DNA from: Thermoanaerobaculia bacterium
Lineage (GTDB): Bacteria > Acidobacteriota > Thermoanaerobaculia > Multivoradales > UBA5704
Assembly: GCA_044226625.1 (NCBI GenBank)
Contig: JBGAGQ010000025.1
Location: 14,531 to 78,530, forward strand
DNA length: 64,000 nucleotides
Reading direction: 5' to 3'
The notes below the pieces were generated by a model. The model was not told where the DNA came from. It did no database searches and saw only the letters and a program-made list of their open reading frames with translations. The translations under genes and the position numbers were made by a program. Shown piece after piece: positions 8,542 to 17,282 of the stretch (positions are counted from its first letter, which is position 1; each line of letters starts with the position of its first letter).

Positions 8542-9867
8542 ATGAACAGCCAACGCCTCGTCGTCGTGGGTGCGGGGATCGCGGGCCTCACCGCCGCCTA
8601 TCGCCTGAAGCGCGCGGGACACAACCCGATCGTGTTCGAGCGGGGTGAGAAAGTCGGCGGCCGGATGGCCACCGACGTCGTCGACGGCTTCACGATCGAC
8701 TACGGGGCTCAATTTCTCTACGACAACTTCTCGCTCTTGCCCCCGCTGATCCGAGAGGTCGGTCTGGCCCCCAAGTTCGTGGAGGGTGGCCAGACCCTCA
8801 GCATGCTCAAGGGAGGGCGCTGCCGGTCTTTTCGTGCCGACGACCTGCTCTCTCCTCTCAAATCGGGAATCCTCGGCTTCGGCGCCTGGCTTCGCTTTGG
8901 GCTTTTCGGTTACGGAAGGCTCGCCGGCCAGGTCAAATCGCTGCCCATGAACGACATCACGGGCTGGACGCGGTATGACGACATGGACGCCGATACCTGG
9001 AGCCGTTCCGCCTTCGGCCGCGACGTCGCAGACTACGTGATCGAGCCCCAAAGCAACGGGTTCTATTTTCAGCACCCTCGCGAGATGTCGAGGGTGGTCC
9101 CGCTGGTCACCACGGCGCTCATGTTCTTCAAACAGGGCAAGTATTCGACGCTCGTCGGCGGGATCAACGAGCTGCCGCGACGGCTGGAGGAAGAGCTGGA
9201 CGTGCGGCTGAATACTCCCGTTCGATCGGTTTCGATCCAGGACGGTGGAGTCGAGGTCGCGACGGATCAGGAGACTGTCCTCGCGGACCGGGTCATCCTG
9301 GCGTCGCCGGCTCCGATTGCTCGCGCGTTCTATCGCGATCCTTCGCCGATCGAGAAGGACCTCCTCGACACGTCCTACAGCTCGACTCTCGTTGTGGCCT
9401 TTGCCACCAAGAGCTCGTTCCAAATCCCCCCCGCGATGGCCGGGCTGAACGGAATCCTGATGCCCGAAAAGGAGCGAGGCCCGCTCGTCGCGATCACCAA
9501 CGAGCGGATCAAAGAGGAAACGAGGGCCACGGACGGCGAGCTGTTCCTCGCCTTCTTCTCCGGGACGGAAGGCGCGGCGAGGATCGATCAGCCCGAGGAC
9601 GAAATCGTCGCTGTCGCGCTTCGAGACCTGGAGAAGTATCTGCCCGGTCTCTCCCAACACCTTCGGTTCGCCAAAGTCTATCGATGGAAGCAAGCCGCAG
9701 CCCGTATCCCCGTAGGGCGCGCCCGTAAGGTCGCCCAATATCGAGACGGCGTGAACGCCTCGACGCGAGTCTTCCTCGCGGGGGATTACATGGGGATTCC
9801 CTACACCGATGGTTCGGCCGAGACGGGTTGGTGGGCGGCGGGTGCGCTGCTCGAAACGTTGACCTGA
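8542..9867 (+). CDS. FAD-dependent oxidoreductase (protoporphyrinogen oxidase / amine oxidase superfamily)
   Basis: VVVGAGIAGLTAA, ERGEKVGGRM, DYGAQF, C-terminal FLAGDY. RBS GGAGG. Confidence 0.9.
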   Translation: MNSQRLVVVGAGIAGLTAAYRLKRAGHNPIVFERGEKVGGRMATDVVDGFTIDYGAQFLYDNFSLLPPLIREVGLAPKFVEGGQTLSMLKGGRCRSFRADDLLSPLKSGILGFGAWLRFGLFGYGRLAGQVKSLPMNDITGWTRYDDMDADTWSRSAFGRDVADYVIEPQSNGFYFQHPREMSRVVPLVTTALMFFKQGKYSTLVGGINELPRRLEEELDVRLNTPVRSVSIQDGGVEVATDQETVLADRVILASPAPIARAFYRDPSPIEKDLLDTSYSSTLVVAFATKSSFQIPPAMAGLNGILMPEKERGPLVAITNERIKEETRATDGELFLAFFSGTEGAARIDQPEDEIVAVALRDLEKYLPGLSQHLRFAKVYRWKQAAARIPVGRARKVAQYRDGVNASTRVFLAGDYMGIPYTDGSAETGWWAAGALLETLT

Positions 9868-10004
9868 TCGAGAGGTACGCAAGGCGACGCGGTGGATCTA
9901 CGACGCGCTGCGTCCGGCTGGCCCCTAGGGGAGCGCTGGACCGACGAAGCAGGTACGGGTACATTGCCGTTGTCGCGGCGGCTCTAGGATGGATAGGGGG
10001 AGGT

Positions 10005-10418
10005 ATGGCGCAGGAGTTTGAGAATCTCGACATCTGGTTGTGTAGATTCCCTTCAGCCAAAGCGGCCGACGCCTACTTCAAAGAAAGACATAGCGGCACA
10101 CGGCCGATCTCGCAGTTCGCGGCGGACATGGGCGAGCGGTTCTACGACCACGATTTCATGGAGCGTGGAGACTTTTTTGACCCACCGACCCATCAGGTCG
10201 CTGCGGTCATTGCGGAGCACTCTTTCTCGTCTTCGTACCTCTCGGAGGTCGTGGAGGCTTTTCGAACCAATCCGTCGGAGCCGTTCAATATGGTTCTCCT
10301 CGTCTGGAACCGCGAGATCGAGCGGCCAGTTTCAGTCTCAGGCAAGGAACTCTCGCTTCACTACCTCGGTAGGTTTCGCTGCAACCCCAAGGCGAGCTCC
10401 GCGGCGTCGCAGGGTTAG
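10005..10418 (+). CDS. Imm22-like immunity protein (orphan)
   Basis: RBS GGGGAGG, ATG 10005. LDIWLCRFPS..DAYFKE..PISQFAADMGERFYDHDFME..HSFSSSY..YLGRF resembles the Immunity protein 22 family. Confidence 0.65.
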   Translation: MAQEFENLDIWLCRFPSAKAADAYFKERHSGTRPISQFAADMGERFYDHDFMERGDFFDPPTHQVAAVIAEHSFSSSYLSEVVEAFRTNPSEPFNMVLLVWNREIERPVSVSGKELSLHYLGRFRCNPKASSAASQG

Positions 10419-10430
10419 CGGTCGACGGGA

Positions 10431-10594
10431 CGGCGGCTCTTAGAAGGCGGCACCTGCCCGATCCTTCGACCGCCCAGGGAATTCCGAGAGCGGAGCTCTA
10501 CCTCCAAGTCGCCGATCCTCAGGCCCACCACGCGAGGGCGCTGGCCGCAGGAGCGCGAGAGGTCCTGAGAGATTCTCGGCAGGGATCGGGATAA
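10431..10594 (+). pseudogene. VOC/glyoxalase family gene fragment
   Basis: No start codon. RRLLEG, then a frameshift, then LPDPSTAQGIPRAELYLQVADPQAHHARALAAGAREV, typical of the second half of a VOC protein. Stop at 10592-10594. Confidence 0.55.
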
Positions 10595-10740
10595 TCGATC
10601 TGCCTTTGCTTCCGGCTCGGCGGGCGTGAGGTACATTTCACCCTCGAGATGGAAGTAGAGCGACACATCGCGACCTGGGCCCCGTTGACGACTCGTTGGC
10701 CGCATGAGGACGAACGGTAGGGACCTACCTCCTTTTCCCC

Positions 10741-11901
10741 ATGCGCGTCCTCCTCATCGCCAACACCCTCCCGCCGCGCGACCTCTCCGGCGTGGGGGAG
10801 CAGGTGCTCCAGCTCGCCGCGGGTCTGACATCTCTGGGCCACGAGGTCGAGATCCTCGGCCGGAAGTCCGCAGAGCGCGACGGGGCTTCGGGGCCGAAGA
10901 TCCTGTTTCCGCTGACGATCGTTCCGGCGACGTTTCGCGCCCTTCGCCGGTTCCGGCCCGACGTGGTCCAGGTGCACGAGTCGGACGGTGCGCTCGCGGC
11001 TTCTGCCGTTCGTTGGGCTCGCGGGAGGGCGAAACGCCCGCTGCTGCTCGCGCTCCTGCAGGTGAGCTATGTCGAGGAGAAGAAGGCGGTCCGGCCGCTG
11101 GTGGCGGGCGGGCGGGAGGTCGGGCGCCCGGGGGCGGTGGAACGTCGGTTTCGGTGGCTCAAGGCTCCGATCCAGATCTTCTTCGGCCGGTGGACGGTCC
11201 ATCGCGCGGACGTGGTGATGGCGCCGAGCGCCACGACGGCGGAGGAGCTCGCCCGCGACTATGGCGCTCGCGAGGTGGAGGTGCTGCCGAACGCGACGGG
11301 GGGGCTCGCTCCCACCGGGCCGCCGGAGCGGCGGGCCGAGGATGGCGAGGGGTACCTGTTGTTCGTCGGCCGATTGCGCATCCGCAAAGGGGTGGAGGTG
11401 CTGTTCGAAGCGCTTCGGGCGAGGGCGGAGGGAGGGGCGCGGCCGGCCCGGCTTCTGATCGCCGGGGACGGCGAGCACCGGGCGGCTTTGGAAGCGAAGG
11501 CCACGGAATTGGGCTTGGCGGCTTCGGGTGCGGTATCCTTCGTCGGCCGCTCGAGCGCCCCGCGGGTGGCCGGACTCCTGTCGCGAGCCTCCGCTCTGGT
11601 CGTGCCTTCCACCTATGAGGGGATGCCGCTCGTAGTGCTCGAAGCGATGGCCGCGGGAGTACCGGTCGTCGCCAGTCGCGTGAGCGGAATCCCCGAGGTG
11701 GTGGTCGACGGTGAGACCGGCTGGCTGGTGCCGGCCGAAGATCCCGCGGCGCTCGGACGAGCGCTCGCCGAGGTCCTGGCGAATCCGGCCGAGGCGGCTC
11801 GACGGGGGGAGGCGGGGCGAAGGCGCGTGACCGAGCGCTATCGGCCCGAGGTCGTCGCCGAGCTCTGGCGGGAGATCGTCGAGCGGCGCGGTCCCGCGTA
11901 G
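10741..11901 (+). CDS. Glycosyltransferase family 4 (GT-B)
   Basis: LLFVGRLRIRKGV; PSTYEGMPLVVLEAMAAGVPVVASRVSGIPEVV. Confidence 0.95.
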   Translation: MRVLLIANTLPPRDLSGVGEQVLQLAAGLTSLGHEVEILGRKSAERDGASGPKILFPLTIVPATFRALRRFRPDVVQVHESDGALAASAVRWARGRAKRPLLLALLQVSYVEEKKAVRPLVAGGREVGRPGAVERRFRWLKAPIQIFFGRWTVHRADVVMAPSATTAEELARDYGAREVEVLPNATGGLAPTGPPERRAEDGEGYLLFVGRLRIRKGVEVLFEALRARAEGGARPARLLIAGDGEHRAALEAKATELGLAASGAVSFVGRSSAPRVAGLLSRASALVVPSTYEGMPLVVLEAMAAGVPVVASRVSGIPEVVVDGETGWLVPAEDPAALGRALAEVLANPAEAARRGEAGRRRVTERYRPEVVAELWREIVERRGPA

Positions 11902-12029
11902 AAACCAACCGGGCGTCTTACGACGGCCGAAGTCACCAGGGTAGACGGTTCTCCCCCTCCGGGAGGACGACGAGGAACCGGCCGCGCCGGGAGGCGCTGC
12001 GGAAAGGGTACCGAGGAATCCCAAACGCC

Positions 12030-12548
12030 ATGCAGAACGGAGCGAACACCCCGAAACGGGGTTACCTGGGGCGCGGCCTGCTCGTCGTGGTCGGCTTGGC
12101 CGCCGTGGGGCTTTTGGCGGTGGCCGGCGGCGGCTACCACTGGTACGGCGACGTGCGGCTGCACGTCCTGCTCGCGCTCGTGATCTCGCTCCTGCTCCTG
12201 TTCGCCCACCTCTGGATGCTGATCTACCTCTCCGGAACCGGACGGCTGATCAGGAAAAGCGTCGCCGCGCACGGATTCGATCCGAACGAGGACGATCTCC
12301 GCCGTCGCGCCGTCCGCCGCGCCCGGCTCTGGCTTCCGCTCGCGGCCCTAGGCGTGCTCGCCGCGTTCTTGTCGGGGGCGGTGGCGATGATCCGTCAGGG
12401 AGAGCTCTACCCTCGCTATTGGCACCACGCGATCTTTTTCGCCGCGCTCGCGCTCCAGCTTGCGGCGCTCTGGACCGCGCGGCCGGCGCTGATGGAGACC
12501 GAGCGGCGCATCCGCGCCCTCGATGGCCGGATCGGAAACGCGGCATGA
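12030..12548 (+). CDS. Hypothetical 4-TM membrane protein
   Basis: Four hydrophobic segments with His residues. Stop overlaps the next start (ATGA). Confidence 0.75.
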   Translation: MQNGANTPKRGYLGRGLLVVVGLAAVGLLAVAGGGYHWYGDVRLHVLLALVISLLLLFAHLWMLIYLSGTGRLIRKSVAAHGFDPNEDDLRRRAVRRARLWLPLAALGVLAAFLSGAVAMIRQGELYPRYWHHAIFFAALALQLAALWTARPALMETERRIRALDGRIGNAA

Positions 12549-13555
12549 CGGCCGACGGTACGCCGCGGTCGGCGGAGCGCCGTCCTCTCGAGGGCAAGGT
12601 CGCCGTCGTCCTGATCAACTGGAACGGCGCCTCGGACACGCTCGCCACCCTCGCCTCGCTCGAAGCCAGCGAGGAGGCGCACCGGTTGCGTTGCCTGGTG
12701 GTCGACAACGGCTCGACCGACGACTCCGTGACGAGGCTGGGCGCCCGGCTGGGCGAAATCCGGTTGAACGCCGAGCTGATCGAGACCGGTGCGAATCTCG
12801 GCTTCGCGGGGGGCAACGGCGTCGGCATCCGCCGAGCGCTCGAAGATCCTTCGATCGATTGGATCCTGCTGCTCAACACCGACGTCGAGGTCGATCCGGG
12901 CTTTTTGAAGCCGCTGCTCGAAGCTTGCGCGGACCCCGCGGTCGGGGCCGCCGGGCCGTTGATCTTCTACTTCGAGCCGCGCGACCTGATCTGGGCCGCG
13001 GGCGGGCGCCTCCGCTGGCGCGAGACGGTCACCGAGGAGTGGGGCAACCGCGAGCCGCTCGGCCCAAAGTTCGCGGCGGCGGCCGACGTCACGTATCTGA
13101 CGACCTGCTGCCTGCTCGTGCCGCGCGACGCGATGCTCGAGGTGGGGCCGCTCGATCCGGTCTACTTCATCAACGTCGACGACGCCGACTGGTGCCGGCG
13201 CGCCTCGGCGGCCGGATATCGGCTGCGCTACGTGCCCGAGAGCCGGATCTGGCACAAGGTGGCGGCCTCGACCGGCGGCGGCTATACGCCGACGAAGACC
13301 TTTCACACCGGGCGGGGTAACGCGATCTTCGTCCGCCGGTACGGTGGGCCGCTCGCATGCTCGATCTTCCTCGCCGCGAATCTCGCGGCGCTGCCCGTGG
13401 CGTTCGTGCGCGAGGGGCTGCGGGGCAACGCGCGGTCGGTCCGGTCCAAAGCCAAGGGGCTCTGGCGCGGCCTGCTGGATCCGTTGCCCGAGCCGCCGCG
13501 GTTTTCCGTCCACGGGGCGGCGCCGGCAGAAGCCGGCGCGGGAGGGCGCACGTGA
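12545..13555 (+). CDS. Glycosyltransferase family 2 (rhamnosyltransferase-like)
   Basis: VVLINWNG, VVDNGSTDDS, NLGFAGGNGVG, LLLNTD, YFINVDDADWC. ATG 12545 overlaps the upstream stop. Confidence 0.93.
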   Translation: MTADGTPRSAERRPLEGKVAVVLINWNGASDTLATLASLEASEEAHRLRCLVVDNGSTDDSVTRLGARLGEIRLNAELIETGANLGFAGGNGVGIRRALEDPSIDWILLLNTDVEVDPGFLKPLLEACADPAVGAAGPLIFYFEPRDLIWAAGGRLRWRETVTEEWGNREPLGPKFAAAADVTYLTTCCLLVPRDAMLEVGPLDPVYFINVDDADWCRRASAAGYRLRYVPESRIWHKVAASTGGGYTPTKTFHTGRGNAIFVRRYGGPLACSIFLAANLAALPVAFVREGLRGNARSVRSKAKGLWRGLLDPLPEPPRFSVHGAAPAEAGAGGRT

Positions 13556-14259
13556 CCGCAAACGTCCTGTTCCTCGGGACCATTCAGCTGCTCTTGGTCC
13601 TGTTCCTCGCGACCCTTCACGAGGCGGCGCACGCGCGGGCGGCGGAGTGGTTCGGCGACCCCACGCCGCGGGCTCTCGGCCGGGTGTCGATCAATCCGCT
13701 CGCGCACCTCGACCTGTTCGGCACGGTGATCCTGCCGGCCGCGCTCGTCGCCCTGTCGGTGCCGGTCGCGTTCGGTTGGTCGCGTCCGGTGCCGATCGTC
13801 GCGCGCAACCTCCGCCGGCCGGGCTGGCATTCGCTGCTGGTGAGCGCCGCGGGACCGGCCGCCAACGCGGCCTTCTCCTTGCTGGCGCTGCTCGCGGTGG
13901 GGATTGCCGTGCGCGTCATGGGGCCGGAGGCCAAGCAAGCGGCGCGGATGTCGATGCTCGGCGGTGCCCTCTCCGATCCGTCGTCTCCCGCGTTCGGGCT
14001 CGCCGGTTTCCCCGTCGTCTTCACCCTGGTGCAAGCTTCCGTGATCAGCGCGTTCCTCGCGCTCTTCCATCTGCTGCCCATCCCGCCGCTCGACGGCGGC
14101 ATGATCCTGCTGCAGCTGGCGCCCGCGAGCTGGATCGCGCGGCTCCAGGCGATCCGTCCTTTCGGTTACCTGTTTTGCTCGGCGTTCGCGGTGACGCCGT
14201 TTTTTCAGGTGACGTTGGTTCCGTTTCTCGTGCTCTTGAACCTGGTCATCTCGACGTAG
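13552..14259 (+). CDS. Site-2 protease (peptidase M50)
   Basis: TLHEAAHA, GDPTPR..GRVSINPLAHLD, AGPAAN, HLLPIPPLDGG. GTG overlaps the upstream stop. Confidence 0.9.
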   Translation: MTANVLFLGTIQLLLVLFLATLHEAAHARAAEWFGDPTPRALGRVSINPLAHLDLFGTVILPAALVALSVPVAFGWSRPVPIVARNLRRPGWHSLLVSAAGPAANAAFSLLALLAVGIAVRVMGPEAKQAARMSMLGGALSDPSSPAFGLAGFPVVFTLVQASVISAFLALFHLLPIPPLDGGMILLQLAPASWIARLQAIRPFGYLFCSAFAVTPFFQVTLVPFLVLLNLVIST

Positions 14260-14275
14260 CTTCCGGAGGCCTCCC

Positions 14276-15301
14276 GTGACCCCACAGCAGATCGTCCTCT
14301 CGGGCATGCGCCCGACCGGCCGTATCCATCTCGGCAACTACTTCGGCGCGCTCAAAAACTGGGTGGACCTCCAGGACCGCTATCGGTGCCTCTACATGGC
14401 GGCCGATTGGCACGCGCTCACGAGCGACTACGCCGAGACCAGGGAGATCCGCGACAACACGCTCGAGATGGTGGCCGACTGGATCGCCGCCGGGCTCGAC
14501 CCGGACAAATCGGTGATCTTCGTCCAGTCGATGGTGCCCGAGCACGCCGAGCTGCACCTGCTCTTCTCGATGATCACGCCGCTCGGCTGGCTCGAGCGGG
14601 TGCCGACCTACAAAGAGCAGATCGCGCAGATCGAGAGCAAGGACCTGCACACCTACGGCTTCCTCGGCTATCCGGTGCTCCAGACGGTCGACATCCTGAT
14701 CTATCGCGCCCATTTCGTGCCGGTGGGCGAGGACCAGGCGAGCCACATCGAGATCAGCCGCGAGATCGGCCGGCGCTTCAACTACCTCTACCAGGAGGAG
14801 GTCTTCCCGGAGCCGCGGGCGCTGTTCACGCCGACGCCGAAGGTGCCCGGGATCGACGGCCGCAAGATGTCGAAGTCGTACGGCAACGCGATCCACCTGT
14901 CCGATTCGCCGGACGAGATCCGCCGGAAGTGCAAGGAGATGTTCACCGACCCGGAGCGCCTGTTCAAGAAGGACCCGGGGCGGCCGAGCGTCTGCAACCT
15001 GTTCCAGTTTCACAAGCTGATCTCGCCGCCCGATCTGGTGTCCGACGTCGAGCGTCGCTGCCTCGCGGCCGAGATCGGTTGTGTCGAGGACAAGAAGATC
15101 CTCGCCGAGCAGATCATCGCGTTCCTCGAGCCGATGCAGAAGCGGCGCGCCGAGCTGGTGGGCGACCGCGGCTCGTTGATGGACGTGCTGATCCAGGGAT
15201 CGGCCAAGGCGCGCGAGATGGCGCAGGAGACGATGGAACGGGCGCGCGCGGCGATGAAGCTCGACTATCGCGCGGTGCTCGCGCCGAAGGCGACGGCGTG
15301 A
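14276..15301 (+). CDS. trpS: Tryptophan--tRNA ligase
   Basis: SGMRPTGRIHLGNY (HIGH), YPVLQTVDIL, VPVGEDQ, KMSKS. Confidence 0.97.
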   Translation: MTPQQIVLSGMRPTGRIHLGNYFGALKNWVDLQDRYRCLYMAADWHALTSDYAETREIRDNTLEMVADWIAAGLDPDKSVIFVQSMVPEHAELHLLFSMITPLGWLERVPTYKEQIAQIESKDLHTYGFLGYPVLQTVDILIYRAHFVPVGEDQASHIEISREIGRRFNYLYQEEVFPEPRALFTPTPKVPGIDGRKMSKSYGNAIHLSDSPDEIRRKCKEMFTDPERLFKKDPGRPSVCNLFQFHKLISPPDLVSDVERRCLAAEIGCVEDKKILAEQIIAFLEPMQKRRAELVGDRGSLMDVLIQGSAKAREMAQETMERARAAMKLDYRAVLAPKATA

Positions 15302-16116
15302 GCCGGGAGATCCGTTCTGACATCCCGACGCCGGGACTGCTGCCGGCCTCGTGGCGGGTGCACCTGCCGGTCTTCGACGGTCCGCTCGACCTGCTGCTCC
15401 AGCTGATCAAGGTCAACAAGGTCGAGATCTCGGACATCCCGGTCGCCACGATCTGCGATCAGTTCCACGAGTACCTGGCGCTGATGGAGATTCTGAATCT
15501 CGACATCGCGGCGGAGTACATCTACGAGGCGGCGCTGCTGATCCATTTGAAATCGCGCCTGCTCCTGCCGCGGCCGAAGACGCTCGACGGCCAGGTGATC
15601 GAGGAAGACCCGCGGCAGGACCTCGTGACGCGACTGCTCGAGTACCGGCGCTTGAAGGACGCCGCGCAGTCGCTCGCCGAGGTGGACCGCATGCGCGCCG
15701 GCGTCTGGCCGAGGAAACCCGGCAAGATCGACCTCGGCCCCGAGCCCGAGCCCGAAGAGGCGACGATCGATCTGGGCGAGGTTTCGCTGTTCGATCTGCT
15801 CGGCGCCTTCAAGAAGGCGCTCGAGCGGTACGACAAGGAACACCCGCCCGCGATGCAGCTGTCGGGCGAGACCTATTCGGTGCGGAGCCAGTTCGATCGA
15901 CTGCTTTCGGTCCTCTCGCCCGCGCGGCCGTACGACCTGTTGGACGACCTGCGCCACCGCTCTTGCCGCTCCGAGGCGATCGCTTGCTTCCTCGCCGTCC
16001 TCGAGCTCGCGCGGCTGAACCTGGTGCGCATCCATCAGACAGGGGACGGCGAGCTGCTGCTGTACCGCACGACCCGAGAGGTGGGACATCACGAATTGGA
16101 GACGTTGCTCGGATGA
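15298..16116 (+). CDS. scpA: Segregation and condensation protein A
   Basis: FDGPLDLLLQLIK, AAEYIYEAALLIHLKSRLLLP, EDPRQDLVTRLLEYRRLK, FLAVLELAR. Confidence 0.95.
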   Translation: MSREIRSDIPTPGLLPASWRVHLPVFDGPLDLLLQLIKVNKVEISDIPVATICDQFHEYLALMEILNLDIAAEYIYEAALLIHLKSRLLLPRPKTLDGQVIEEDPRQDLVTRLLEYRRLKDAAQSLAEVDRMRAGVWPRKPGKIDLGPEPEPEEATIDLGEVSLFDLLGAFKKALERYDKEHPPAMQLSGETYSVRSQFDRLLSVLSPARPYDLLDDLRHRSCRSEAIACFLAVLELARLNLVRIHQTGDGELLLYRTTREVGHHELETLLG

Positions 16117-17282
16117 ACGAAGAAAGCGAAGAGCCTATGGCTCCGATACCTCCGATGGCTTCGCGAGAGGAGACCCCCGAGGCCGTCGAAGAATCCGCGG
16201 CGCCGGAGTCTGCGGCCTTGGAGGAAGAAGCTCCCGAAGCCGGGCCCCTCGAGGAGACCGAGGAGACCGAGGAGCCTGACGAAACCGAGGAGGTCGAGGG
16301 GGCCGAGGTGGAGGAGGCCTCTGAGGCCGAGGTCGAGGAAATCGGCGAGGACGAGACCGAGGAGACCCCGCAGGCCGAAAGCGAGGAGCCGGTGGGGAGC
16401 GGGGAGCCCGTGGAGTCCGCCGAAGCCGTAGAGGATTCCGGCGCCATCGCGGAGGGGGAGACCAGCGCCCCCGCGGCCCCGAAACGTCGCCGCGAGCGAC
16501 GCCCGACCGAGCGGGCGGAGATGGAATCCGCGATCGAGGCGATCCTGTTCGTCTCCTCCGAGCCCGTTCCACGGGCTCGGCTGGTCGAGTTGTTCGACGA
16601 GGAGGACCGGCCGGAAGCCGAGGGGGCGATCGACGCCGTTCTCGAACGGTTCGGCCCCACGGTCGGCCGGGGCTTCATGGCCGAAGAGGTGGCGGGGGGC
16701 GTGCGGTTGGCCACCCGGCCGGAGCTGGTCGGTTGGCTGCGCCGCTTCTTCGACGTCTCCTCCGGGACCAAGCTCTCGATGGCGGCGCTCGAAACGCTCG
16801 CGATCGTTGCCTACCGGCAGCCGATCACCGGCCCGGAGATCCAGGAGCTGCGGAGCGTCAGCGCCGCGGGCACCTTGAAGACGCTGCTCGAGCGCCGGCT
16901 GGTGCGGATCGCCGGGCGGAAAGAGGTGGTGGGCAAGCCGTTCCTCTACGGCACGACGCGCGAGTTCCTGGTGCATTTCGGCTTGAAGAGCCTCGCCGAC
17001 CTGCCGCCGCTCGAAGAGTTCGAAGAGACGTTCGGCAGCGACCCGAGCCTGGTGGATCGCTCGCTCGGCGGACCAGAAACGGAGTCGGCGCCGGCCGAGG
17101 CGCCGGAGTCGAGCGAATCCGGAGTGGCGGCTGAGGCGGGAGGCGGCGAGACCACCGAGGCGGCGATCGCCACGCTCTCCGCGGCCGACGAGTCGCGCGA
17201 GCGGGAGCTGATCGCCGCGCACGAAGAGATTGAAGAACGCGAGGAGGCCTCGGCGTCCACCGAGGCCGGGAGCCAACGATGA
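16113..17282 (+). CDS. scpB: SMC-Scp complex subunit ScpB with long acidic N- and C-terminal extensions
   Basis: IEAILFVSSEP, EVAGGVRLATRP, LSMAALETLAIVAYRQPIT, GRKEVVGKPFLYGTTREFLVHFGLKSLADLP. Confidence 0.95.
   Translation: MNEESEEPMAPIPPMASREETPEAVEESAAPESAALEEEAPEAGPLEETEETEEPDETEEVEGAEVEEASEAEVEEIGEDETEETPQAESEEPVGSGEPVESAEAVEDSGAIAEGETSAPAAPKRRRERRPTERAEMESAIEAILFVSSEPVPRARLVELFDEEDRPEAEGAIDAVLERFGPTVGRGFMAEEVAGGVRLATRPELVGWLRRFFDVSSGTKLSMAALETLAIVAYRQPITGPEIQELRSVSAAGTLKTLLERRLVRIAGRKEVVGKPFLYGTTREFLVHFGLKSLADLPPLEEFEETFGSDPSLVDRSLGGPETESAPAEAPESSESGVAAEAGGGETTEAAIATLSAADESRERELIAAHEEIEEREEASASTEAGSQR

Noticed and set aside
8542-9867. hemY/hemG assignment for this gene or for 62609-63931
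   Set aside because: Only superfamily-level FAD motifs and no heme-pathway context, so the gene symbol is withheld.
7411-9882. 823-aa minus-strand ORF and many other long overlapping ORFs (e.g. 46999-49395, 41899-44007, 22277-24196, 54601-57111)
   Set aside because: Antisense or off-frame shadows of well-supported genes. Stop codons are rare in high-GC DNA and the translations have no recognisable motifs.
10415-10705. 96-aa minus-strand ORF
   Set aside because: No motif recognised, and it overlaps the + strand VOC remnant, which explains the sequence better.
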